A DNA stretch of 64,000 bases, taken from positions 21,806 through 85,805 of the forward strand of contig CAVPOU010000002.1 of assembly GCA_963707125.1 (NCBI GenBank), given 5' to 3'. A model generated the notes under the pieces. The model did not search any database. It was not told the origin of the DNA and was given only the letters and a program-made list of their open reading frames with translations. The number at the start of each line of letters is the position of its first letter. The first letter of the stretch is position 1. Of the stretch, positions 23,529 through 33,480 are shown piece after piece. Origin of the DNA: an uncultured delta proteobacterium (GTDB lineage Bacteria; Desulfobacterota; DSM-4660; Desulfatiglandales; HGW-15). Made by a program: the position numbers and the translations under genes.

Positions 23529-24323
23529 TTACTTTAATCCTTCAAACCTGTGGGCCGAATAGGGCGCCACGACTCCTGCGCCGGGACCAACGGAGTATCC
23601 TCCTCGAATCGCCTTTCGGACCATGTCATGAGCCGACTGCACGGCCTCCCTCAACTCCTCTCCCATGGCCAGAAACGTGGCCAGAGCGCTTGAAAACACA
23701 CATCCTGTCCCGTGAGTGGAGCTTGACGCAATTTTCTTTCCAGGGAAAATCGTCACTTCCTTCCCGTCAAAGAGGACGTCTGCGCTCTCCCGTTTCAAGT
23801 GCCCGCCCTTGATCACTACCCGAGGGCCCATACGGAAAATCTCAAGGGCCGCTCTCTCCATTTCCTTCAAGGTCCTGACTCTTTTCCCGGTCAAGAGCTC
23901 GGCTTCGTGAAGATTGGGAGTCACCACGGTCGCCAGCGGCAGGAGCCTTTCTCTCAGCACCCGAACCGCATCGGGTTCCAGTAAGAGTATGCCAGTGGAC
24001 GCCCGGAGCACAGGATCGACCACCACCGGTGAGAGCCCATAACTCGCGATCATCCGGCTGACCGCTTTCACAGCCGCCGAGGTGAACACCATTCCCACTT
24101 TCACGGCGTCAGGAGGCCTGTCCTCAACAATAGCCTTGATCTGGCGGGTGATAAAACCCGGTGGAACAGGATGAATGGCCGATACCCCTAGAGAGTTCTG
24201 CGCAGTCAGTGCAGTGATGACCGTGAGAGCATGAGCCCCTAGGCTTGTGATGGTCTTGATGTCCGCCTGTATCCCGGCTCCGCCCCCTGAATCAGAACCT
24301 GCAATGGAGAGGACACACTTCAT
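23529..24323 (-). CDS. thiD: HMP/HMP-P kinase ThiD
   Basis: IAGSDSGGGAGIQADIKT and THGTGC. Confidence 0.95.
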   Translation of the reverse strand: MKCVLSIAGSDSGGGAGIQADIKTITSLGAHALTVITALTAQNSLGVSAIHPVPPGFITRQIKAIVEDRPPDAVKVGMVFTSAAVKAVSRMIASYGLSPVVVDPVLRASTGILLLEPDAVRVLRERLLPLATVVTPNLHEAELLTGKRVRTLKEMERAALEIFRMGPRVVIKGGHLKRESADVLFDGKEVTIFPGKKIASSSTHGTGCVFSSALATFLAMGEELREAVQSAHDMVRKAIRGGYSVGPGAGVVAPYSAHRFEGLK

Positions 24324-24407
24324 TCCGAAACACAACCTTTCATACTAAAAAGGTAGCAACCACCTCTGCCGGTGTCAACGAAAATATCCTGGCTGATCTT
24401 GACGTGA

Positions 24408-24530
24408 TCCAACCATGGGCTTTTCTCACTGAATCCCGTTTCCCTGACCATCCTTCTTACCCTGCTCGTCCTTGCTCTCTTTGTTGCGGAAGTGGATCTC
24501 TTCGAAATCGTGGAGCTGAAAACCTATAGC
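24408..24530 (+). pseudogene. Possible N-terminal remnant of a CHASE2-domain membrane signalling gene
   Basis: One frame reads ...LFSLNPVSLTILLTLLVLALFVAEVDLFEIVELKTY and then runs into the 3' end of the opposing gene; no in-frame start. Confidence 0.4.
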
Positions 24531-25270
24531 AGCCCTTTCGCTTTGTAATAAATCAACTTCTGGTACTCTATGATGACATCGCGGACATACCTGCGCGTTT
24601 TCCACCAGTCTTCCGGCCTGAATTTGGAATAGGGCGTCGGCATGACCGTGATGCGGACCTCCGTGTCCGGAATCGTCCTCCTGAAGGTCAGCCAAGCGCG
24701 CCTCGAATGGGACGGAGAGGTGACCAGGATGAGGGAACGGTACTTCTTGTCCCTGATGATGGCTCCGACCCTCTCCGCTTCCTGGAACGTGCTCTCCACC
24801 GGTTCGTCATTTCCGATCACCGCCGATTCCGGAACACCCAAGCCCTTGAGGATCATCGCCACCCGGTCTCTGCTCTCGGGATAGGCGACTCCCTTTTGCT
24901 TGAGCATTTCCAAACCATCCGGGATGGGTTCTCGGGCGATAAAGACCATCGGTGCGAATCCTCTCGCAAAAAGATCGGCGCTTGCGATGCTCCTCTCCAC
25001 ATCACCGCCTGCCAGACAGACAATGAGCTCCGACTTCTCGAGGGGATGTTGCACAACGAGATATTTCCCGAGCTGGGTGAGGATAGGGGCGTGAAAGTAA
25101 GACAGGAGAACATAGAAAATGACCGCGATGAAGAAAACCCACTTGAAGACACCCAGGCTGGTGGATGGAGCAGTCTCAGGCTCAATAGGCTTTGCATCGG
25201 GCATTTTGGTTCTGTCGTCGACCTGCTCACCCGCCGTGTGGTTCGGTTTCGGCCAAAGACTCAAACCCAT
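24524..25270 (-). CDS. YdcF/DUF218 (ElyC/SanA-like) membrane protein
   Basis: TM, then VCLAGG, ESTFQEA and LVTSPSHSRRA; GAGGAGG RBS. Confidence 0.85.
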   Translation of the reverse strand: MGLSLWPKPNHTAGEQVDDRTKMPDAKPIEPETAPSTSLGVFKWVFFIAVIFYVLLSYFHAPILTQLGKYLVVQHPLEKSELIVCLAGGDVERSIASADLFARGFAPMVFIAREPIPDGLEMLKQKGVAYPESRDRVAMILKGLGVPESAVIGNDEPVESTFQEAERVGAIIRDKKYRSLILVTSPSHSRRAWLTFRRTIPDTEVRITVMPTPYSKFRPEDWWKTRRYVRDVIIEYQKLIYYKAKGLL

Positions 25271-25302
25271 CGGATACCTCCTCGTCAACACTCCATTGCC
25301 TG

Positions 25303-25752
25303 TCAGAAAGCCTTTTCACTGTCCAGTAGCATGGTCACAGGGCCGTCGTTAACGAGATGGACCTCCATCATCGCCTGAAATTCCCCGGTCGCCACCTTGA
25401 GCCCTTTTTCCCGGATCAGCCCTGTGAAGTGATCGTAGAGCATTCTGGCTTTCTCAGGCGGCGCAGCCCGCGTGAAGGAAGGCCTTCGCCCTTTGAGGCA
25501 GTCTCCCCACAGCGTAAACTGGGACACCACCAGGATCCCTCCTCCCATTTCCAGGACCGAGCGGTTCATGAGTCCCTGCTCATCGGAAAAGATTCTCAGG
25601 TGAATGATCTTTCCGGCCAGAACCTCGCAGTCTTTCTCGGAGTCACTGTGTCCCACGCCCAGGAAAACAAGGAGCCCGGTCCCGATCTCTCCAACCGTTC
25701 TTCCTTCCACATCCACCTTCGCACTCTTTACTCGCTGAACAACCGCTCTCAT
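25303..25752 (-). CDS. dtd: D-aminoacyl-tRNA deacylase
   Basis: [25 protein letters not shown]. Confidence 0.97.
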   Translation of the reverse strand: MRAVVQRVKSAKVDVEGRTVGEIGTGLLVFLGVGHSDSEKDCEVLAGKIIHLRIFSDEQGLMNRSVLEMGGGILVVSQFTLWGDCLKGRRPSFTRAAPPEKARMLYDHFTGLIREKGLKVATGEFQAMMEVHLVNDGPVTMLLDSEKAF

Positions 25753-25846
25753 AATCTGCCTCTTGCCCTTTCAATTTTGAGCTTTGTCATCCTGCGATTC
25801 GTAGTATACCTTTGCTTGTGGAAATCTCTCTTTGGGTTCTTAAACG

Positions 25847-27196
25847 ATGAAGCACACTTTAATGCTCATCAATCCCTGGATTTACGACTTTGCCGCTTAC
25901 GATCTCTGGTCGAAGCCCCTTGGTCTTCTTTACCTGGCAGGGTATCTCCGGGGTTGCGGATTCAACATTCACCTGATCGACTGCCTGGATGTTCATCATC
26001 CGGCGTTGGAAAAAAGTGCTCAACCGGTTCGGCGCCCTTATGGAACCGGTAGGTTCCTCAGGGAAAAAGCTCCCAGACCTTCGGCTCTCAAGCATGTTCC
26101 AAGATCTTATAGCCGATACGGGATTCCAAAACAACTCTTTGTGAACGCCCTGAGGGAAGCCAAGCAACCTGACGCCATTCTCGTGACCTCTCTGATGACC
26201 TATTGGTATCCCGGCGTTAGAGAAGCGATTGCCGTGGCTCGTGAGGTTCATCCTCGGACTCCGATCCTCCTCGGCGGTATTTACGCCCGTCTCTGCGAAG
26301 GGCACGCGACCGCAACGTCCGGCGCAGACCGGGTCGTCACAGGGATCTCCCTTCAACGCATGGCAAAACTTCTTGATGAACTTCTTGACTTCGGCATGGT
26401 GGGAGAAAACGATCCCCCGTCCTCGGAGGGACTTCCCTTTCCTGCTTTCGACCTGCTCCACGGCCTGGATTATGTTCCGCTCTTAACATCGACCGGGTGC
26501 CCGCACCGGTGTGAATACTGTGCGAGCCATTTCTTGAACCCTCGATTCTTCAGGCACGATCCTCATCATGTTCTGGAGGAAATTCTGCTCCGGCACAGGG
26601 AGCATGGAATACGGGACTTCGCCTTTTATGACGATGCCCTGCTCGTGGGTTTTGAAAAGCACCTGGGCCTTTTGCTGGATGAACTTGTGAAACAGAACCT
26701 CGGCCTTCGGTTCCACACTCCCAACGCACTTCATGTAAAGGAACTCTCCCCTGAAGCGGCGGAGCTTCTCCGGCGCGCCGGGTTCAAAACCATACGGCTT
26801 GGATTTGAGACATCGGACATGGCCATGCACCGACTCCTCGACCGGAAGCTTTCGGAAGGGGATTTTGAAAGGGCGGTGCGTTGTCTGCTCAAGGCGGGAT
26901 TTTCAAAAGAGCAGGTTGGCGCCTATGTCCTGGCAGGCCTACCGGGACAGTCTGTAGGGTCCGTGAAAGAAAGCGTGGAATTCGTGAGCAGGGTCGGAGC
27001 CATGCCTTATCTGGCCGAATATTCCCCCATCCCTCACACTCCCCTGTGGGAGAAAGCCGTTGCTTCTTCCCAATATGATCTTGCCTCGGAACCTCTTTTC
27101 CACAACAACACTCTTCTTCCCTGCTGGAGCGAAGAGCAGAGAAAGGAGTTTATGCAGGTGAAAGCAAGAGTCCGGGAGATCAGAAGAAGTGCCTAA
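25847..27196 (+). CDS. B12-binding-domain radical SAM protein
   Basis: CPHRCEYC (CxxxCxxC) after an N-terminal cobalamin-binding-like domain (KPLGLLYLA, LLGGIYA). Confidence 0.88.
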   Translation: MKHTLMLINPWIYDFAAYDLWSKPLGLLYLAGYLRGCGFNIHLIDCLDVHHPALEKSAQPVRRPYGTGRFLREKAPRPSALKHVPRSYSRYGIPKQLFVNALREAKQPDAILVTSLMTYWYPGVREAIAVAREVHPRTPILLGGIYARLCEGHATATSGADRVVTGISLQRMAKLLDELLDFGMVGENDPPSSEGLPFPAFDLLHGLDYVPLLTSTGCPHRCEYCASHFLNPRFFRHDPHHVLEEILLRHREHGIRDFAFYDDALLVGFEKHLGLLLDELVKQNLGLRFHTPNALHVKELSPEAAELLRRAGFKTIRLGFETSDMAMHRLLDRKLSEGDFERAVRCLLKAGFSKEQVGAYVLAGLPGQSVGSVKESVEFVSRVGAMPYLAEYSPIPHTPLWEKAVASSQYDLASEPLFHNNTLLPCWSEEQRKEFMQVKARVREIRRSA

Positions 27197-27199
27197 CCG

Positions 27200-27372
27200 A
27201 GAGGTGAAAGGTACGAGGATAAAGGTGCAAGGAAAGAAAGGGAGACGACCAGCAATCCGCGACCAGGTTCCGACGACGCACAACTGACAATGGACAACGG
27301 ACGACAAGCAATCTGCCACATCCAACTTGCAACTGGCGTTCTGCAACGGACAACGGACTACGGACAACGGTC
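27200..27372. repeat. Heptamer tandem repeats (AGGTRMA and CAACGGA families) between convergent genes
   Basis: aggtgaa-aggtacg-aggataa-aggtgca and caactga-caatgga-caacgga...ctacgga-caacgg. Confidence 0.7.
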
Positions 27373-28120
27373 ATTTTCTGTTCATCAGGCTTGCGGCATA
27401 GCCTGCTCCGAATCCATTGTCAATGTTGACCACCGTCACGCCCGAAGCGCATGAATTCAGCATGCCCAGAAGCGCGGCAATACCCTGGAAGCTCGCCCCG
27501 TAGCCGACGCTCGTAGGGACAGCGATCACCGGTTTATCCACGAGGCCTCCGACAACGCTGGGCAAGGCTCCCTCCATGCCGGCCACCACGATAATGACCG
27601 ATGCTTTAAAAAGCTTTTCCCTGTGAGCGAGCAACCTGTGCAGACCGGAAACGCCCAGATCATAAAGGGTGTCCACCTCGTTTCCCATGAAGCGCGCCGT
27701 GACAGCCGCTTCCTCCGCTACGGGGATATCCGACGTTCCGGCACTGATGACAAGGAGGGTTCCCTTTCCCCTGCTCTCAGGGGTGTGCTTCATCAGAGTG
27801 AGCACTCGTGATCTTGGGTAATAGCCGGCTTCGGGATATCTCGTCTTGATCTTCTCTGCTTTTTCCGCCGACAAACGGGTGATCAGGATGTTCTCCTCCT
27901 GGGCGACCATCCTCTCTACGATCGCAAGAATATCCTCAACCTCTTTGCCCTCTCCGAAGATCACCTCGGAAGCGCCCCTGCGGATGCTCCGATGATGATC
28001 GATGCAGGCCACGTCGATATCTTCAAAGGGAAGGTCCCTGAGCCGGGCGACGGCCTCATCCACCGACATCTCCCCTGCCTTCACCTTTCCCAGAAGTTCT
28101 TTGATTTTCTGCTGGTCCAA
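27371..28120 (-). CDS. larB: Nickel-pincer cofactor biosynthesis protein LarB (AIR carboxylase-like)
   Basis: [37 protein letters not shown]. Confidence 0.93.
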   Translation of the reverse strand: MDQQKIKELLGKVKAGEMSVDEAVARLRDLPFEDIDVACIDHHRSIRRGASEVIFGEGKEVEDILAIVERMVAQEENILITRLSAEKAEKIKTRYPEAGYYPRSRVLTLMKHTPESRGKGTLLVISAGTSDIPVAEEAAVTARFMGNEVDTLYDLGVSGLHRLLAHREKLFKASVIIVVAGMEGALPSVVGGLVDKPVIAVPTSVGYGASFQGIAALLGMLNSCASGVTVVNIDNGFGAGYAASLMNRK

Positions 28121-28182
28121 GTTCCTGCCCTTTTATTCTCTTTTCTGACGGCCTCGAAAAAAGCCGGAAAACGCCGTTTTTC

Positions 28183-28251
28183 GTCATTCCGGCGGAAGCC
28201 GGAATCCAGGAGAAACAAGCGGTTCTGGACCCCGGCTTGCGCCGGGGTGAC
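28183..28251. repeat. REP-like palindrome doublet
   Basis: GTCATTCCGGCGGAAGCCGGAATCCAG ... CTGGACCCCGGCTTGCGCCGGGGTGAC; the first 27-mer is identical at 36748-36774. Confidence 0.85.
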
Positions 28252-28294
28252 GGCTTTGGAGAAGCGGGACAGATGGGCGTTTTTCATCAGCCTG

Positions 28295-28651
28295 CTAAAG
28301 AAGACCGGTCTCTTTGAGATAGGACATAGATTGCTGCCCTATGTTCGTCACTTTGCTCAGGGCCCTGGACAGATGAATCAAGGCCTCTTCCCCTATCCCG
28401 GAATCAAACATCACAAGCGCTTTGTTCAGAAAGCGCTCAACTTCATTCCACTCCTCATGCCCTGTGACAACCCTGGCTAGACCGACCTCGTGACCAAGCA
28501 TGCTCAAATCCATATAAATGATTCTCGATGCCCCCCGCTTCTCTTCTTCCGGCAAGTTCTTGAGAAGCTCCAGGCTGCCGGCAATCATAATCAGCCCGGC
28601 TTTGATCTTCTCGCTCTGAGAAAAAGCCATGATGGCTTCGTTGGATTTCAT
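28295..28651 (-). CDS. Hypothetical all-helical protein
   Basis: ORF with GGAGG upstream and protein-like composition; no family recognised. Confidence 0.7.
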   Translation of the reverse strand: MKSNEAIMAFSQSEKIKAGLIMIAGSLELLKNLPEEEKRGASRIIYMDLSMLGHEVGLARVVTGHEEWNEVERFLNKALVMFDSGIGEEALIHLSRALSKVTNIGQQSMSYLKETGLL

Positions 28652-28726
28652 TCCAGCTTTACGACCTCCTGCTTTCAATCAATCCTGCGTGAGGAACCCA
28701 AACTCGGTCTGCGGGTGGAAGCGGGT

Positions 28727-29290
28727 TTAGAGTTGGCAAGCCTTGATCATCTCACACACTTCCTGAAAAACGTCCGTCAACCGCAGGATGCCGACGATTT
28801 CCTTGCCGTCCTTCGTGACCAGCAAAGACTGGTGTCGGCCGACGACGAGTTGATGAAGCGCCTGGTCCAGGGTGGCCTCCTCCGGAACGTATTCCCCTTC
28901 CGTGGGAGTATACATGATATCTTTCACTTTGATGTGAGGGGCTCTTCGGCAAACGTCTTCCAGCGGTTTCTTCCACAGGTCGTACTTGTCCACCATGGAT
29001 TTAATGAATTCCGTACTGAAACCCGTATGGGAGATCCCCGTGAAGTCTCCCATTTTCTTGTAACCTCCTTCAAGACCCTTGATCACATCAAGCTGACTGA
29101 GTTTGCCCACCACGCGCCTGCTCTTGTCGAGGACAAGAATCGCTCGGTGCTTGTAACGGTCCTGTTGTCGGAACTTCTTCTGCGCTTCTTCCAGGGCCAG
29201 CACCGCTGCATGTAGGCTGGCGTCATCGCTCACCGTAGCATACTCCTCAAGGGGCACCATCAGATCTTTGACTTTCCTGGTCTTCATCAC
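28727..29290 (-). CDS. CBS-domain pair protein
   Basis: KVKDLMVP / KVKDIMYTP and VVGKLSQLD / IVGILRLTD. Confidence 0.9.
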   Translation of the reverse strand: MMKTRKVKDLMVPLEEYATVSDDASLHAAVLALEEAQKKFRQQDRYKHRAILVLDKSRRVVGKLSQLDVIKGLEGGYKKMGDFTGISHTGFSTEFIKSMVDKYDLWKKPLEDVCRRAPHIKVKDIMYTPTEGEYVPEEATLDQALHQLVVGRHQSLLVTKDGKEIVGILRLTDVFQEVCEMIKACQL

Positions 29291-29504
29291 TCAGTCCTCC
29301 TGTGTTTTTCTTGACCTTTGAAACCTTTCTCCAAGAGCCTGGAAACACCGCTCTAAGGCCGGCTGCCTTTCGGCCTCCAATAAGAACCATTAATGCCCGG
29401 CTGTCCAAGAATGCTTCATGAAGGGAAGGGAATGAAGTATTCAAAAGACTATAGGAAAAAGGCCGCGGAGTGTCAAGACACCGAAGAATCCAGACATCAA
29501 GACC

Positions 29505-29630
29505 CTGCAAGTCGCAAATGCTCAAAATGCTCAAATGTCAAAGGAATGCCAAAGACAATGATGTACTTTTGACATTTGAGTTTTGGATTTGACTTGGACT
29601 TCGAACTGTTGACATTTGACATTTCAGATC
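29505..29630. repeat. CAAATGT/ACATTTG palindromic tandem repeat
   Basis: caaatgtcaaaggaatg ... gacatttgacattt; a related copy lies at 53615-53730. Confidence 0.7.
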
Positions 29631-29693
29631 CTTGGCTCGAAGAGAGATGGGACCTTCTCATCGGCTTATAACGCGTGGGTATCAACGACGTGC

Positions 29694-30674
29694 TTATTCA
29701 GGCCTGAAAGATCTCCCGAGTCCCGCAGGCGCTGATCCGCTCAATACCCGCAAAAAGCCGCGAAGCCAGGGAGATCCCCGGATCGAAGTTCGTGCCGAGC
29801 TTTGTTGCGCAAGGTGCATGACAATGAGGGTGAAGATCATGAGCGGAAAAGGAGCCACCTGAAAAACCTGGGCAGGCACTGAAGGCCACCAGCCCTGGAA
29901 ATGGATTCCCATGATCTGGAGAAAAGCGAAGAGATAGGCTCCCAGAGCCGTCTTGACAGGATGCCAGCCTCCAAAGATGACGATCGCCAGGGCAATCCAT
30001 CCCGTCCCCTCGGCCCCCTGAGGCCGTCCCCAACCGGTCTTGGTGCACAAAGAGAACGTGGCCCCTGCAAGACCTACCAACAGGCCTCCGACCACCGTAT
30101 GCCAGAACTGAATCGCCCGCGTGTTTGTGCCTCTGGCGTAGGCCGCTTCCGGGTGTTCACCAATTGCCCTGAGGCGAAGCCCCATGGGTGTTTTGTAAAG
30201 GTACCACCAGGCAAGAGGAATCAGGAGCATGCTCAGGTAGGCGGGAAGACTTTGATGGAAGAAGATGGGTCCAAGAACCGGAAGATCCTGAAGCCACGGT
30301 ATCGGGTTCATGCCGGCTTGAGGGCCATAAAGTCTCGAATAGGGGTTCCCAAGAAAATAGGCAAGGTCCCTGGCCGTAAGGGTGAGAACAAATCCCACAG
30401 CCACCTGAGACTGGCCGAGGAAGATGCTGAAAAACCCCACGAGTCCTGCCATCACCGCTCCCACAAGGGCGCCACCCGCAAATCCAAGAAAAAGGTTGTG
30501 ACTTTGATAGGCAATGGCAAAGGCAACCATGGCGCTCAACAGAATGGAGCCATCAAGGCTAAGATTGATGACCCCTCCTTTTTCGGAGATCGTCTCTCCC
30601 AAAACGGCTAGGACAATAGGCGCAGCGCCGGCCACAATGGAAGCCAGCAGAACGGTCAGATCAAGGTCGGTCAT
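29694..30674 (-). CDS. Nucleoside/sugar ABC transporter permease
   Basis: GETISEKGGVINL, GLRLRAIGE, GWIALAIVIFGGW. Confidence 0.9.
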   Translation of the reverse strand: MTDLDLTVLLASIVAGAAPIVLAVLGETISEKGGVINLSLDGSILLSAMVAFAIAYQSHNLFLGFAGGALVGAVMAGLVGFFSIFLGQSQVAVGFVLTLTARDLAYFLGNPYSRLYGPQAGMNPIPWLQDLPVLGPIFFHQSLPAYLSMLLIPLAWWYLYKTPMGLRLRAIGEHPEAAYARGTNTRAIQFWHTVVGGLLVGLAGATFSLCTKTGWGRPQGAEGTGWIALAIVIFGGWHPVKTALGAYLFAFLQIMGIHFQGWWPSVPAQVFQVAPFPLMIFTLIVMHLAQQSSARTSIRGSPWLRGFLRVLSGSAPAGLGRSFRPE

Positions 30675-31702
30675 TTCTCAGTCCATACACCAGAAGGGTT
30701 GTCAGCACCAAGGCTCCCTGGATGATCCCGCTCAATGAGGAATCCAGCTTCAATACGATGGGAAGCTGAATACTTCCCACATTCAGGCACGCAAAAAAGA
30801 AGGCAATCCAAGGCGATCCCCAGACTCGATAATTGGCGAGCATCACCACCAGAAGCGCGAGATAGCCGTAATTGCTGGAGATGACAGGGATGAGTCGGTG
30901 ATACACTCCTGTGACCTGGAAAGCTCCGGCTAAGCCTGCACACCCTCCGGCCAGCCCCATGGCAAAGATAAAGTAGATGTTCGGGTTAAGGCCGTGAAGA
31001 TACGCCGCCTTTGGATTGCTCCCAATACCTTTGAGGGCCAGCCCGAGCCTTGTGCGGTTGAGCACCCAGGTTGCAGCCATCAAAGCCAGCACCGCCAGCA
31101 CCAGGCCCGCGGGTGAAAGCCTAGAGGAGAGGAACGTCGGAAGCCACAGGGACTCAGGGAAGAGCTCTGTCCCGCTCATGGAAGCAACGCCGGGCCGCTT
31201 CCACGGACCGAAGATGAGCCATAGGGTAATTCCCTGCGCTACGAAATTGAGCCCCAGCCCGCCAAAGATCTCGTTGACGCCCCCCTTGGTCTTGAGGAAA
31301 CCGGCCAGGATAGCCCAGACACTCCCTCCCAGCATCCCTCCTGCGAACGCCAGGACGATCACGAAAAAGGGGGAGCCGCTCTCCAGACCGAACCTGAGCA
31401 CTGACGGTAGAGGCGATGGCACCGGCCACCACCTGTCCTTCCACTCCGATATTCCACAACCCGACGCGAAAGCTGTAGAGAAGCCCACAGGCGCACAACG
31501 TGAGAGGAATCCAGACGGTCAGCACCTGTGCCAACTTGCTCCAAGATCCAAGGGCGCCTACAAAGAGATGATAGAAGGCAGGCCAGGGAGGAGCGCCTGC
31601 AACAAGGAGAACAAGGCTGGTCAGGCAAAAGACACCCCCTGTGATGAAGAGGCCCCTGATGAGAAGCTCTTTGGGAAGGCTGTTTTCCGGGAACAGGAGC
31701 AT
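30661..31702 (-). pseudogene. Nucleoside ABC transporter permease with a one-base insertion frameshift near 31403
   Basis: The N-half (..GLWNIGVEGQVVAGAIAST) and C-half (VLRFG..GVNEI..) lie in different frames; one extra base. Confidence 0.8.
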
Positions 31703-31704
31703 GG

Positions 31705-33168
31705 TTATCCTTTGCCTGCGATGGCCTTCGCAAGCTCTTCCATGGTCGTATCGCAGGTCCTGACGTCTTTCACCACGACCCCGTTGAAAAATACGAGAAC
31801 CCGATCGGCCATTTGAAAGATCTCGTCCAGCTCTGCAGAAGAAAAAACAATGCTCGTTCCCTCGTCCGCATAGGCCATCAGCTTTTCCCACACCCACTGG
31901 ACCGAATCCATATCGAGACCCCGCGTTGGGTGCTCCAGGAGCAGGAGCGAAGGATTTGCCGGAAGGAGGGCAAGGAGGAGTCGCTGCTGATTTCCCCCTG
32001 AAAGGGATTCCGCCACAGAGAGAGGGCTTCCCCTGATTCTGAATCGCTCGATCCCCTGCTCGGCCCTCCTCTGGGCGTTGGGCCAGTGGATCATCATCGC
32101 TCCTTCCTGGTGAAGAGCGTAGTGCTCCATGATAGTCAGACCGGGCATCAAGCCTTCTTCAAGACGGCCCGCGGGCAAGAAGGTGACCCTCCTGGCTCTG
32201 TAAGCATGATGATCCTTGCCTGTCATGTCTTTCTCAGCCACCCGGATCTTTCCTGTTTCAGGCCTCTCAAGCCCTGCGGCTAGGCGCAAAAACAAGCCCT
32301 GCCCGCTGCCCTCCAGCCCTGCCAGCCCGACCACTTCTCCCTGCCGGACGGCCACATGGCAGGGGCTTAGCCCGGCTCTTCCCCCAGAGGCCGATACCCC
32401 TTCCATGTCAAGAGTCATGACTCCCTCTTCTGTCCGTCTTTCGAAACAGGGAGGTGGAGGAAGTTCATTCCCGAACATCCACCCCAGAAGTCTTTTGCTT
32501 TCAAAAGGCAGGCCCATTTCACCTTCCACCTTCCCCCGCCGCAAAACCGTGATACGATTACAAAGGGCTTCCACGTCATCGAGTTTGTGAGAAACGAGGA
32601 GGATGGTTTTTCCTTCCCCGGCGAGTTTACGGAGAGCACTGAAGAGGGCTTGCTTTTGGAGGCTTGATATTCCCGTGGTGGGTTCATCCAGAATCAGGAC
32701 TTCCACCCCCAGGGCAAGAAGCCTGATCAGTTCGAGCTGCTGCCGCTCTCCCACCGTGAGCCGCTCTGCGGGCGCCGCGGGATCGAGATGAAAGCCGAAG
32801 TGACCGGCCATTTCGTTGAGACGGCCACGATAAGCCTCCTCTCTGGAAATGAGCCCATGGTCAAGCCCCATCATAAAATTCTCCAGAACCGTGAGCGGCG
32901 GGAAATCGAGGGGATCCTGGTAGAGCATGCCGATGCCCAGGCGAGTAGCCTGTGAAGGATGATCGTACTCCACAGGCCGACCATTGAGGAGGATGGTGCC
33001 GGAGGTCTTGACCGTGTATCCTGCAAGAACTTTCATGAGGGTGCTTTTGCCCGCACCGTTTTCACCCAGGATTCCGTGGATGGACCCCTCGGAGATTTCA
33101 AGGTCGATCCCGTCGTTGGCATTCACCTTCCCATACTGTTTGCGAATGTCCCGGAGCGTAATCCTCAT
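31705..33168 (-). CDS. Nucleoside ABC transporter ATP-binding protein (two NBDs)
   Basis: GENGAGKST, ILDEPT, LSGGNQQ. Confidence 0.94.
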   Translation of the reverse strand: MRITLRDIRKQYGKVNANDGIDLEISEGSIHGILGENGAGKSTLMKVLAGYTVKTSGTILLNGRPVEYDHPSQATRLGIGMLYQDPLDFPPLTVLENFMMGLDHGLISREEAYRGRLNEMAGHFGFHLDPAAPAERLTVGERQQLELIRLLALGVEVLILDEPTTGISSLQKQALFSALRKLAGEGKTILLVSHKLDDVEALCNRITVLRRGKVEGEMGLPFESKRLLGWMFGNELPPPPCFERRTEEGVMTLDMEGVSASGGRAGLSPCHVAVRQGEVVGLAGLEGSGQGLFLRLAAGLERPETGKIRVAEKDMTGKDHHAYRARRVTFLPAGRLEEGLMPGLTIMEHYALHQEGAMMIHWPNAQRRAEQGIERFRIRGSPLSVAESLSGGNQQRLLLALLPANPSLLLLEHPTRGLDMDSVQWVWEKLMAYADEGTSIVFSSAELDEIFQMADRVLVFFNGVVVKDVRTCDTTMEELAKAIAGKG

Positions 33169-33223
33169 GAGACTCTTTTCTTGTGTGAGATGAAAAGCGG
33201 TTCTCTCTGATTAAGATTGGTGG

Positions 33224-33412
33224 CACGGACAAGCCGATCAGGCTTGTCCGTGATCTCCTCCGTGGCTTTGCTCAGGAAATGAGGCACAGCGGCGCATAGA
33301 TTCTCTCGCGGCCCTCAGCGGTCATTCCCGCGAAGCCTGTCCCCGCGCTGGCGGGGAGCGGGAATCCAGAGAATCATGAGAAACCCTGGATGCCCGCCTC
33401 CGCGGGCATGAC
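33224..33412. repeat. Palindrome plus REP-like doublet
   Basis: CACGGACAAGCC-GATCA-GGCTTGTCCGTG and GTCATTCCCGCG...GGAATCCAG...CTGGATGCCCGCCTCCGCGGGCATGAC. Confidence 0.75.
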
Positions 33413-33480
33413 GGAGGGGGGCTGTTTTCATGCTTCCAGGGTGTCTAATCTCTTACTGCTTACTGCCTACTTCTTACTGC

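Noticed and set aside
24324-24520. Possible TPP riboswitch upstream of thiD-thiC
   Set aside because: The conserved GCUGAGA and CUGAU..UAAU..GCG.AGG elements were not found on the minus strand.
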